A DNA stretch of 64,000 bases from a virus. The translations under genes were made by a program, and so were the position numbers. Below are positions 38,027-48,009 of the stretch, in pieces. The notes beneath the pieces were generated by a model that saw nothing but the letters and a program-made list of their open reading frames with translations, did no database searches and was not told the origin of the DNA. Numbering within the stretch: position 1 is the stretch's first letter; each line of letters starts with the position of its first letter. The stretch spans positions 1-64,000 of the IMG/VR virus record IMGVR_UViG_3300013233_000246. One strand, 5' to 3'.

Positions 38027-41000
38027 ATGAAAATTGAAGGAATTGTAACATTAGTATTTCGAGATATTGATACTGGTGAAATAACAAAAACTGTTAAACA
38101 AGACAATAATATAACTACCAATTGGATTGAAACTTCTATGGTTACTAATAGCACGAGTAGTTCTGTCAACCAAGGAAAATTTGGCTCAAAGATATTTATT
38201 AGTGGTTATCTTATTGCTTTTACCGATCCGGATGTATATAAAATTCCACTAGTGCATGGCATTGGATTCATAGAAACAGGAGTTACATCACCAACAATAG
38301 TAAATTCCACAAGCACAACCCATGGATATGGGCAACATCAACAAAGATTCGCTCCTCCTGCAAATACTATTAATATCAATATCATTGGATTGACTTATCA
38401 AACTTCTATAAGTGCTGATACCACCGTTATAGCACAAGCTTATGTTAAGCTCGCCAGCACATGTACACAAACCCCAACAGAAACATTGGATATTTTTTAT
38501 AGAGTTCAATTTCCATACGATTATTTTAAGTTACCAGCACCACCAGATAGGAATACATCAGGTATAAGTTCACTACAAGCGGATATTATGTTAGATCGTT
38601 TTTTTATAACACCAACCAATCAAGATTATTTTAATAATGTATCTTCTGATTGGAATGGTACAATGGATTACACTAGGCTCGCATATAAATCTACAAGAAA
38701 TACAGGTCATGATTTGGGAAATGTTTTTTCAGGAACTAAAACAATATCTGGTGATTCTACATTACACAAAATGAAAGTAGATACTTTAATAACCATTGAT
38801 AAGAGTGTGGGAAATGTTATTGGATTCTTATCATTTGGCCAAGGCTCAACCACTGGTATAAATCCATGGTCGCGGGGCGTTACGGATCTGGGTGTAGATG
38901 TTATTCAAAATATATTTGGTCATTCCTCAACCGCAACTAAACCATTTTTTGATTCAACACAACAAAATTCTGGTGATGGTACGATAGCTTTGAATGGTTC
39001 TTCGTGGACAAATCCAAATTTTCCAAAACAATATAGATTGAATATTACAGGTTCTGGAGCATTGGGTATCGGAACATATCAATTTCAGGTCCGCAATCAT
39101 TTTGGTTTTTTGAACAATTCATATGAAGATATGATTCGATCTATGTCTGGTATGATGGAACAAAATAAACATATGCATGATGGATTTTTGTTTACGATAG
39201 GAACAAATGTGGGAACAACTGCGGATGTTAGAGAAAGACCTAAAATAATAAGATATGATATAGATACAACAAATACTAATGTTTTGTGTATAAACAAAAC
39301 AGAAGTCTATGTATTTAATTTATTGACACAAACCGGCGTTCTTTATAATGTAACAAATAATCCTACATTTACGCCCACTAATATAACACAAGTAACGTAT
39401 GATTCCGCAGGCACTATATATGTTGCATGTAGGGACACAGGAATATATAAAATCTCTACACCATTAGGAATCCCAACAATAACACATATAGATAATACTA
39501 CTACAGGTCTGACTGGTTTATTGGTGAGTAAATGTTATGGTATTGCTATTGGTAGTGGTGGTTTTTTATGGGCTGCATTTGATGGTGGTTTATTTTCATC
39601 TATAGATGGTGGTGTAACATGGACACAGGCTACGTTCACAAATGCTACAATAATTAGTGATTGGAACAGGGTAAAATTTATACAAGTAGACCCATCACAT
39701 GCAGATCAGCGTATGGCATTAGTATATGAATCGAGCACACCAGCAACCGGAACTTATTTACAATTGAGCATCCTTTGGTGGAATAACAATACTTCTACTG
39801 ATGTTCAAGGTGTACAATTCAAATCATTCGATAGAAATATTCAAAGTTCTTATATTGCAAATACTAGATTTTTAGCAGAAGAGCCATGGACATACTTTGA
39901 TTCTTTGAAACCATCACCAACACAAAATAAATGGGGTGGTGCTATGGGTACTACTCCAACTACACAGGATTCTGATGCATATCCTACTTATTTTACATTT
40001 AATACTAATACGTTTATACAAGATATAAATTCTCAACTGCGAACATTTCAAGAACATATAGATTGGGAACTTCATTCTAGTGGAAGCCAAAGCATAATAT
40101 CAATTTCGTCTGTGTCTACTTCGGATGCTAGAATATCATTATATAAAGATGATAATACCTTTACATTTAACAAATATAAGAATGTAAATTCTACGAGCAT
40201 AGGGGATGTTGATTCTATTGAAAAGGGGCCGGTGTGTTATTTGGGAAATTTGGTAGTGTTGGGTTGGCAGCCTACTGCAACATTACAATACTATACGATT
40301 ATGACATGTGGTGATAAAACGGCATCAGGCGGTGCACTCAACTATCTATTATATGATAGTTATGGTTGGAATGGTTCAAATTGGGTATTAGACAACCCTG
40401 GTTCAAAAACCATACACGGCACCGCCGAAGTCTTGAGTGATGGTGTAACTATAGCATTTGATGATAATCTTGGAACACAAACGTTCGTAGCTAACGATTA
40501 TTATACTTTTGGTGTTTTACAAGGCATATGGTTGGATGGCTCTACACAAATAACACACAAAACAGGATTATATTTTAAAAATATTTTACAAAACCAAACA
40601 ACTTTAGAGGTAGGAACTTTATCTGCTATTCCAAGATCACCTGAAATATTTGAACGAAAACCAAATATTTCAGCAACACAAATGACATGGCAAGACCAAT
40701 TTGGTGTGACAACATCCACAATAGATACTGTTCGCACTAATCCCTCTACTGCACTTTATGACGCTGGTGCAAGATCCATAGAAAAAATAACAGGTTTGGG
40801 ATTAACAAATAAATCCCCCTCTGACACAATTTACGGAACTTTTACGTTTGGTTTGTATACTAATATGGGCGGCACCGCTGCATCTGAGGCTATAGCTTGT
40901 GGTTTATCACCAGCTTCAGTGTTAACAACACCAATAGATAGGGCATCTGTGCATTATGGTTTCGAACTTGTAAATGTTGGTACTGGTGTAGACAACGGAC

Positions 41001-41626
41001 TAATGGCAGATATTAGTATAATTGAGCAGGGTAGCATAGTAGCTTCTAATATTAGAAGAATTGACACCACTGCTTCCGCTTCTTTTGAGTTTGAAGTAGA
41101 AATATTAAATGATGGTACTGTAAATTATTACTTATTGAATTCAACATCCACGACACAATCAACAGCAAATTACGTTCCATTGACTAAAGATTTATTGTAT
41201 ACGTCTGCCGCTCCCGCACCCATAGTGGATTATTATGCTGATCTTGCAATGAATGGTGGAAGTGTAGGAATAAATACATCATTGACTTCAAGTCCTGGAA
41301 GTACTTTAAAACCACGCCCTGATAATTATCCAGTCGGCGGTCGTAGATTGGTTAATAGAGTACCAGATGGTCTATATTTGTCTATTGGTGACTTCACGAC
41401 TTCTAAAGGACGGTATGAACCACAATTTTTGGCTATTGATTATTCACAAAATGTAGATATTTTAATAGATGGTACATTAGTTATATTGATTTTAGAAAAC
41501 GATATAGATACATTATTGAACGCTGGCGAAATATCAATATTTGCAAGAGAAGGATTTATCCGCTACAGCGCGGCTGATATAGGCAAAACAATTACCGCCA
41601 CATACAATGTAATACTTAAACAATAG
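38027..41626 (+). CDS. Large virion protein with beta-propeller (BNR/Asp-box) region
   Basis: SSIDGGVTW Asp-box, GTIYVA..GIYKI and LWAA..GGLF blades; Thr/Ser-rich. Confidence 0.65.
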   Translation: MKIEGIVTLVFRDIDTGEITKTVKQDNNITTNWIETSMVTNSTSSSVNQGKFGSKIFISGYLIAFTDPDVYKIPLVHGIGFIETGVTSPTIVNSTSTTHGYGQHQQRFAPPANTININIIGLTYQTSISADTTVIAQAYVKLASTCTQTPTETLDIFYRVQFPYDYFKLPAPPDRNTSGISSLQADIMLDRFFITPTNQDYFNNVSSDWNGTMDYTRLAYKSTRNTGHDLGNVFSGTKTISGDSTLHKMKVDTLITIDKSVGNVIGFLSFGQGSTTGINPWSRGVTDLGVDVIQNIFGHSSTATKPFFDSTQQNSGDGTIALNGSSWTNPNFPKQYRLNITGSGALGIGTYQFQVRNHFGFLNNSYEDMIRSMSGMMEQNKHMHDGFLFTIGTNVGTTADVRERPKIIRYDIDTTNTNVLCINKTEVYVFNLLTQTGVLYNVTNNPTFTPTNITQVTYDSAGTIYVACRDTGIYKISTPLGIPTITHIDNTTTGLTGLLVSKCYGIAIGSGGFLWAAFDGGLFSSIDGGVTWTQATFTNATIISDWNRVKFIQVDPSHADQRMALVYESSTPATGTYLQLSILWWNNNTSTDVQGVQFKSFDRNIQSSYIANTRFLAEEPWTYFDSLKPSPTQNKWGGAMGTTPTTQDSDAYPTYFTFNTNTFIQDINSQLRTFQEHIDWELHSSGSQSIISISSVSTSDARISLYKDDNTFTFNKYKNVNSTSIGDVDSIEKGPVCYLGNLVVLGWQPTATLQYYTIMTCGDKTASGGALNYLLYDSYGWNGSNWVLDNPGSKTIHGTAEVLSDGVTIAFDDNLGTQTFVANDYYTFGVLQGIWLDGSTQITHKTGLYFKNILQNQTTLEVGTLSAIPRSPEIFERKPNISATQMTWQDQFGVTTSTIDTVRTNPSTALYDAGARSIEKITGLGLTNKSPSDTIYGTFTFGLYTNMGGTAASEAIACGLSPASVLTTPIDRASVHYGFELVNVGTGVDNGLMADISIIEQGSIVASNIRRIDTTASASFEFEVEILNDGTVNYYLLNSTSTTQSTANYVPLTKDLLYTSAAPAPIVDYYADLAMNGGSVGINTSLTSSPGSTLKPRPDNYPVGGRRLVNRVPDGLYLSIGDFTTSKGRYEPQFLAIDYSQNVDILIDGTLVILILENDIDTLLNAGEISIFAREGFIRYSAADIGKTITATYNVILKQ

Positions 41627-41635
41627 CCAATATAT

Positions 41636-41643
41636 CATAAATA
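41636..41643 (+). promoter_or_regulatory. Late promoter CATAAATA
   Basis: Late consensus in an intergenic gap. Confidence 0.65.
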
Positions 41644-41677
41644 AGAATAAGTAAAAAAATTCTTATTGGAGATAATA

Positions 41678-44600
41678 GTGGCTCGTATTAATTTTAGACA
41701 AGGCATAGTAAGACACGGAAAAACGCCCAATCAACCATTCTTTCTACAGCAAAATGGAAATGATGTTGATTTATTAATTTCGCCCGAATTAACCACCATC
41801 GCCTTTGAAGATGGCGATAAAGACTATTTATTCACCGAATCTACCTCAATTTCCAATGCATGGTTGAATTTATCAATTCCGTCGCAAGATTATTGGCTTT
41901 ATTGGGAACTTGATCGTATTACTGGTGTGCGCACTTTTGGCACTACAACTTTTGAACCTATTTATTCCCCAACAGCCCCAGTTACCCCAGCGGTTAATCA
42001 AATGTGGTTTGATACTAGTATTGGAAATATTAGTAGTTCCCGTATGCATTACTGGAATGGTAGTGTGTGGATTCACGTATTACGTGTTATAGCATCTAAA
42101 GTTAACAATTTTCAGTTCTTTTCCCCAATAGATGGTTTTTCAGTAGAAAGCAATTATATAGGCACGCAAATAGGTATTACTGGAAACGTCATTTCCAATG
42201 TTGGTTCACTTGCGTATGATAAAAACGGAAAGCCAATAGTAAATCAAGATGGAAGATTTTTTACAACAGAAGACGTATTCACTACTGGTGTACCGGATGG
42301 GGCATCCATAAAAGTAAATAATACCTTAACTCGCGCTAGAGCTACCGAACCTCTTGGCGCATATCAAGTTGTAGTTTTTGATGATTTTGAGAAAGTTTCC
42401 CTTGCGACCACGTTTTTTACTATTGATAAAATATATGGCTTGGTGGATGTTCCTGCAATAATAAATCAGACAGTAAATATTATTACAAAAGGTTCTATAT
42501 TTAACGAAGCGTGGGATTTTTCATCCACTGGTGCCACGCCACCAATGGAAGGTAGCATCAATTCACCAATATACATTACACCATTGGGTGAGCTTACAAC
42601 CGATACAGGTTTTGCTATGCCCGGACAAATCCCAGTGGGTGCTATTATTGGCAAACAGACAATCTTATTTAGTCCTGGAATTTATGGTACTATAAATGTA
42701 CCACCTACAACATCACATAGTGGCTTGGCAAATCTTAATGCTGATGACCATTTACAATATCATAATGATGCAAGGGGAGACATGCGATATTATGAACAGA
42801 CGGTAGCAGATAGTGTTTTTGCCCCAATTATACATACACACACAAAGACTGATATCACCGATTTTGCGCATACTCATCTTGAAGCAGACATCACAAATTT
42901 AGACAAATATACACAAGCTGAAGTTGATACATTTGTTAACAATCTCGATGCTATTAAGGTTAATATTTCTGGTTCTACTATGACAGGACCATTAATATTA
43001 CCTGCTGATCCAACTACATCATTACAAGCCGCAACAAAACAGTACGTTGATGCATTGGCTTCTGGTATAGACGCCAAAGAGTCAGTAGTTGTTAGTACAA
43101 CAGCAGATATTGGTGGAACATATACATCTATAGGTGGTACATCAGGCTCGGGAAGTTTTATTGGTGTAAACATAACTGCATTAGATGGCACTTATTTGAC
43201 TGATTATGATTTTACTACAAATAACAGGGTGTTGGTTAAAGATCAGACTGATCCAAAACAAAACGGCATATATATAGTTACAAACTTTACAACACCGATA
43301 TCGTCAGATTTAGAACGTGCTCCAGATCATGATGGTAGCCCCATTTTTGAAGTTTCTCCCGGCAATTTTGTTTTTGTAACTGATGGTATATCTCTAGCAG
43401 GTTCGGGATGGACAATTTTGGGTGGAACTGCCACAGGACCTAATGGTACAATAGTTTTAAACACAGATAATATTAATTGGGGTCAGGTAGCAGCATCAAC
43501 ACTGTATGAACCAGGGACAAATATATCTATAGATGCTAGTAATAATATAAGTGTTATAGATGCATTATCGGGTGGTACAGTAGATGCACTCAAATGGAAT
43601 AATAATACATTAACTTTGACATTACCAGCTACGGGTCAGCCTATAATTTATAATGCTACAACTCCTACATTTGAAAATGCTAGTTTTTCTTTACCATCAA
43701 ATGTTGGTTTGGGTGATCAAGTTTTAGTTACTGACGGATTGGGTTCTACTTCATGGACAAATCCGCAAGTTACAAATCCAATGACTTCTAGCTTGGATGT
43801 AGCTGGTTTTTCATTAAATAATTCTTTAGGAACGTTTGTATTACCTACTGATAACGGAACTAATGGATTTATATTATCAACTGATGGCGCAGGTCTAACC
43901 TCTTGGATTTCCCCACCAGCTGGTGGAAATCAAACGCCATGGACATCAAATATAGATGCCGCCGGTTTTAGCTTAATAACATTGGACACCGTAGAAGCTG
44001 ATGCAAATGCGATAACATTGAATCCTGGTGATAGCACTGGCGGTGGAATAAACACTGCCGGTGGTGGCGATATAAATTTGCTTGCAGGAAATAATACATA
44101 TAGTTCTGGATCTGGTGGTGCTATAAACATAACGGGCGGTAGTCAGCAATACGATTTAAGTGGTAATGGTGGCGATGTTAACATAACAGCTGGCAACACC
44201 TCACACACAGGATTTTCACAACCAGGATCTGTTTTAATTAAAGGTGGCGATACCGCAGCCGCACAAGGCGGTGCTGTATCCCTTTTTGGCGGTGATAGTA
44301 CAAGTGCATTTGGTCATACTGGACAAATATTCATATCAACATTAAATTCAACGGCTGGATATGCAGGAAATATATCCATACTTTCTGGAAATACTGGTTA
44401 TGATGATGGTACAGGCGGTTCTGTTAATATAGATAGTGGTAATGGATATTATGGTGGAAAAATAACTTTATCACATGGTGCAGGTTCGGGTGGTACTGGA
44501 AGTTATTATCAGGGTGCTGTTATAATATCATCAAAAAATTCAACATCTGGATTACTGCGAATAAGTTCTGGTGGTACGTATCATGCGGAAATAAATGTTC

Positions 44601-45478
44601 CTGTTACCTTGGGTTCATATACAAATTTCACATTACCACCAAATAATGGTACTGTTGGACAAGTATTAACTACAGATGGAACAGGAATAACAACTTGGAC
44701 ATCCTCTTCAGGTCTTCAAAATATAGTAGAGGATTTAACACCTCAATTGGGGGGTGATTTAGATGTTGGATTGTTTAGTATCAAGGGTCCTGATGGTAAC
44801 ACTGTTCCCGGTGGTATTTTAAATTTACATGGTGGTGATGGACTAATAGATCAACCCGGTGGAGCAGTAAATATAACAGGTGGAACTGGTCAAGGTATTG
44901 CATTTGCTGGTAGTGTTAATATAACTGGTGGTGCTTGTACTGGCTCTGCTTATGGTGGTGACGTATTATTGCGCCCAGGAGATTCGGCGACAGGAACCGA
45001 TGGAAGAATTAGAATAGAAGGTCCAACATTAACTTCAGAGGGTGAGATAAGATTGGTTCGCCGACAAAATAGTTTATTTGTTGGATTGTCCACACCACCC
45101 ACCTTATCGGCATCCGTAATTTATAAGCTTCCCACATCCGACGGTTCAAGTGGAGATGTTTTACAAACAGATGGCTCTGCAAATTTGAGTTTTGTAACAC
45201 CTTCTGCGCCAGCATCAAAACCATCATATGAAAAGATTGCTGTAACAGCTTCACCACCGAGTGACGTAGTAAATACCACAGTTTCTATCATAGCAACTAC
45301 AGGAAGTCCCCTACAAGCGAGCTTACAAGTATTTAGAAATGGTATGTTGCAAGAAGAAGATTTAGATGGAGCCATCCCAATAGTGGGAGACTTTATAGTT
45401 TCTGGAGCAAACCAATTGACTTTTGCACCAGGCACACTATTAAATGGTGACACAATAATAATTTATGTATTTAATTAA
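41678..45478 (+). CDS. Long tail fibre-like protein with Gly-rich repeats
   Basis: GTG start after GGAG; NFRQGIV N-domain; ATKQYVD/VKDQTDPKQNGIY module; GGxVxIxGG repeats; VLTTDG.G..SW repeats. Confidence 0.78.
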   Translation: MARINFRQGIVRHGKTPNQPFFLQQNGNDVDLLISPELTTIAFEDGDKDYLFTESTSISNAWLNLSIPSQDYWLYWELDRITGVRTFGTTTFEPIYSPTAPVTPAVNQMWFDTSIGNISSSRMHYWNGSVWIHVLRVIASKVNNFQFFSPIDGFSVESNYIGTQIGITGNVISNVGSLAYDKNGKPIVNQDGRFFTTEDVFTTGVPDGASIKVNNTLTRARATEPLGAYQVVVFDDFEKVSLATTFFTIDKIYGLVDVPAIINQTVNIITKGSIFNEAWDFSSTGATPPMEGSINSPIYITPLGELTTDTGFAMPGQIPVGAIIGKQTILFSPGIYGTINVPPTTSHSGLANLNADDHLQYHNDARGDMRYYEQTVADSVFAPIIHTHTKTDITDFAHTHLEADITNLDKYTQAEVDTFVNNLDAIKVNISGSTMTGPLILPADPTTSLQAATKQYVDALASGIDAKESVVVSTTADIGGTYTSIGGTSGSGSFIGVNITALDGTYLTDYDFTTNNRVLVKDQTDPKQNGIYIVTNFTTPISSDLERAPDHDGSPIFEVSPGNFVFVTDGISLAGSGWTILGGTATGPNGTIVLNTDNINWGQVAASTLYEPGTNISIDASNNISVIDALSGGTVDALKWNNNTLTLTLPATGQPIIYNATTPTFENASFSLPSNVGLGDQVLVTDGLGSTSWTNPQVTNPMTSSLDVAGFSLNNSLGTFVLPTDNGTNGFILSTDGAGLTSWISPPAGGNQTPWTSNIDAAGFSLITLDTVEADANAITLNPGDSTGGGINTAGGGDINLLAGNNTYSSGSGGAINITGGSQQYDLSGNGGDVNITAGNTSHTGFSQPGSVLIKGGDTAAAQGGAVSLFGGDSTSAFGHTGQIFISTLNSTAGYAGNISILSGNTGYDDGTGGSVNIDSGNGYYGGKITLSHGAGSGGTGSYYQGAVIISSKNSTSGLLRISSGGTYHAEINVPVTLGSYTNFTLPPNNGTVGQVLTTDGTGITTWTSSSGLQNIVEDLTPQLGGDLDVGLFSIKGPDGNTVPGGILNLHGGDGLIDQPGGAVNITGGTGQGIAFAGSVNITGGACTGSAYGGDVLLRPGDSATGTDGRIRIEGPTLTSEGEIRLVRRQNSLFVGLSTPPTLSASVIYKLPTSDGSSGDVLQTDGSANLSFVTPSAPASKPSYEKIAVTASPPSDVVNTTVSIIATTGSPLQASLQVFRNGMLQEEDLDGAIPIVGDFIVSGANQLTFAPGTLLNGDTIIIYVFN

Positions 45479-45490
45479 GGATAATTAAGA

Positions 45491-47827
45491 ATGGCTAAAA
45501 TACGCGGCAATCAAACAGAAATAGAAGAAATCTTAAACGATCCATTAGCAGCGGCGTCAAATATAAAATCTGGTTCTCTTAGGATAGCAACACAAATAGA
45601 AGTAGATGCTGGCACCGATACTTTGACAGCAGTAACACCAAATACTTTGTCAAATTTTTCTGGGCTTGGATCAATAACACTTAGTGGTTTGACAGATGTT
45701 ACGATAACAACACCGGTATTGAATGAAGTATTGACGTATAATGGTTCTACATGGGTAAATCAGGCACCATCTGGCGCAGCCGCAAACAATTGGTTGATAG
45801 CTAATAATGGTGTAGATTTCACAACATCACCAACAGCAGCTGGTAGTAATTCTATTTCTATTGGTGATAATGCCCGGAATGTAAATGGTATAAATTCAAT
45901 AACGCTGGGTACTACCGCCTATGCATATAGAACGGGCTGTGTTGCTATTGGTAATGCATCACGAGCAAACCGCGACGGAGCTATTGCTATTGGTGACGGA
46001 GCAAATACGAATGGAACAACAAGTAATAATGCGGCAAACATTGCCATAGGAACTGGTGCACAAGCCACCGATGGTGGTCCTAATATAGCATTGGGTAAAA
46101 ATGCATATGCAGCATCAACAGGAACTATAGCTATTGGTAGTTCTGCCAACGTTTCTGCTGTTGCATCCTTCGCGACTGTAATTGGCAATCTTTCGTCGTC
46201 CTCTTTTGATAGTTGTACTATCATTGGCGCAGGCTGCGTGTCTTCAACATTCAATCAAACGATTATCGGCAAGGATATTACTTCTGCGGATGTGCCAGTA
46301 GATGTTTCATACAGTGTTAAAATTGGTACTGGTGTTGCTGGCCAACTTAATATGTTACACTTACATACAAAAGGATTATTAGAATTGGTTGGTGACAACG
46401 CACAATTTATATTTCCCAATTATATTACAGCTTCTATTCCGGCTACAACGACTGAAGGTGGTGCTATATGGGATGCAACAACCAAAGAACTTAAGATTTA
46501 TAATGGAACTGCATTTACTGCAATTGGTGGCGGGGGTGGACTCGCCAACATTGTTGAGGATACTACACCACAATTGGGTGGTAATTTAGATGTAAATGGT
46601 TTTGATATTATTACTCCATCGAGTTCAACCGCAACATCACCATCACATATACAAATACGTGGTGGTGACAAAACATATGTTGGTGGTGGATATGCTGCTG
46701 ATAGTGTACATTTGTATGGTGGATCTGCGACCAATAATAACCAGGCGGGTGCTGTTTTTTTGCAAGCTGGTAATGCTTCAGGAACAAGCGATGGTGGTGG
46801 TATAACAATAGAATCGGGTTCGGCAACAGGAACTGGTGCATGTGGTACAGTGAATATACGTGGGGTTGATACATCAGGTGCAACTGTTACTAGCGCAGGC
46901 TCTATGGTTTTGCGTGGTGGTAATGCTTTTGGTAGCGCTACTTCCACTGCTGGTGGTGATATATCTATGTATGGTGGTAGTGCAGTCGGCGGCACTGCTG
47001 GTGTAATTACTATAAGGGGTGGCCTGCCATCTGGTTCAGGAGTATCTTCTACGGTGCCTGGTGCAGTCAACATTACAGCTGGCGGGCATCTTACTACATA
47101 TGGTAGTGGTTCAGATTTAAACCTTAAAGCTGGTGCTGGTTTTTTCGGGGCGGGTTTTATTGGTGGTGATGTTAACATTGATGGTGGCCCCGGTAATTCT
47201 AATGCTGACGGTGGTCATGTAAATATAACAGGTGGCAATACCACATATTTTAGTACACAGAGAACCCCTGGTAATGTAGTAATCGCGGGTGGAACAGGCA
47301 CAACACTTGCAGATGGTGGTAATATATCTATTGTTGGTGGTGCTGCGACGGGAGCTGCCTATGGCGGCAATGTCACTATTAAAGGAGGTGCTGATGTAGC
47401 AGGTAATGGTATTGTTGCTATTGGTAATAGTACGGACGGTGCTAAATTAGTATTTAATAACGGAACTAAGATTACAATGTCTGGTACTTTGGATGCCACC
47501 AACAATGACATTGATAATATTAAGACTATTACATTTAACGGTGAAGTTGCTAATACTACAACAACACAGACAGTGGATTGGACTGTTGGTCAAAAACAAA
47601 AGACTACTATTACGGCAGCAACCACAATCACATTTACTGCTCCAATAGGTCTTGCTAATTTAACACTCAAGATTATTAATGGAGGACTTGGTATAATTAC
47701 TTGGCCTGTTAGCATTAAATGGCCTGGCGGTACGGAACCAACATGGACTAGTTCTGGTACTGATATAGTAACGTTCTATTATGATGGGACGGATTATTTT
47801 GGCAGCGCAAGTTTGGCATTTGCATAA
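45491..47827 (+). CDS. Tail fibre/adhesin with YadA-like head repeats and Gly-rich repeats
   Basis: AIAIG/SISIG repeats; GG.V.I.GG repeats; C-terminal KWPGGTEPTWT..TDIVTFYYDG. Confidence 0.78.
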   Translation: MAKIRGNQTEIEEILNDPLAAASNIKSGSLRIATQIEVDAGTDTLTAVTPNTLSNFSGLGSITLSGLTDVTITTPVLNEVLTYNGSTWVNQAPSGAAANNWLIANNGVDFTTSPTAAGSNSISIGDNARNVNGINSITLGTTAYAYRTGCVAIGNASRANRDGAIAIGDGANTNGTTSNNAANIAIGTGAQATDGGPNIALGKNAYAASTGTIAIGSSANVSAVASFATVIGNLSSSSFDSCTIIGAGCVSSTFNQTIIGKDITSADVPVDVSYSVKIGTGVAGQLNMLHLHTKGLLELVGDNAQFIFPNYITASIPATTTEGGAIWDATTKELKIYNGTAFTAIGGGGGLANIVEDTTPQLGGNLDVNGFDIITPSSSTATSPSHIQIRGGDKTYVGGGYAADSVHLYGGSATNNNQAGAVFLQAGNASGTSDGGGITIESGSATGTGACGTVNIRGVDTSGATVTSAGSMVLRGGNAFGSATSTAGGDISMYGGSAVGGTAGVITIRGGLPSGSGVSSTVPGAVNITAGGHLTTYGSGSDLNLKAGAGFFGAGFIGGDVNIDGGPGNSNADGGHVNITGGNTTYFSTQRTPGNVVIAGGTGTTLADGGNISIVGGAATGAAYGGNVTIKGGADVAGNGIVAIGNSTDGAKLVFNNGTKITMSGTLDATNNDIDNIKTITFNGEVANTTTTQTVDWTVGQKQKTTITAATTITFTAPIGLANLTLKIINGGLGIITWPVSIKWPGGTEPTWTSSGTDIVTFYYDGTDYFGSASLAFA

Positions 47828-47867
47828 TAAAATTGGGTTACTGAATATTCAGTAACCCAATTTTATT
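47826..47867. terminator. 42-bp perfect palindrome, probable bidirectional terminator
   Basis: AATAAAATTGGGTTACTGAAT|ATTCAGTAACCCAATTTTATT. Confidence 0.7.
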
Positions 47868-47887
47868 GCAACTATTTTAAAATAAAT

Positions 47888-47927
47888 GATAAATAAGTAT
47901 TGACAAGTAATATTTATATGGTATAAT
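47888..47927 (+). promoter_or_regulatory. Late box (GATAAATA) plus sigma70-type promoter for gp32-uvsX
   Basis: GATAAATA 47888-47895; TTGACA (47900)-16-TATAAT (47922) with extended TG. Confidence 0.75.
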
Positions 47928-47932
47928 TTGTC

Positions 47933-47964
47933 GCATTGATAGGCAATGCTTAAATAACCTATTG
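47933..47964 (+). promoter_or_regulatory. Putative H-type pseudoknot in the gp32 mRNA leader
   Basis: GCATTG/CAATGC stem whose loop ATAGG can pair with downstream CCTAT; followed by an A-rich leader. Confidence 0.55.
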
Positions 47965-48009
47965 ATAAGAAAAGCCAATTTAGATAATAAGAAATGAAGG
48001 AGAAATGAA

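Noticed and set aside
31662-47178. Long antisense ORFs (for example 31662-32339, 46498-47178, and 21613-22173 outside this span)
   Set aside because: These are shadow frames of well-supported plus-strand genes, with no RBS, promoter or recognisable motif.
26822-47827. Diversity-generating retroelement or invertible fibre cassette
   Set aside because: No reverse transcriptase or recombinase is present and no near-identical TR/VR pair was seen; paralogous segments are diverged at the DNA level.
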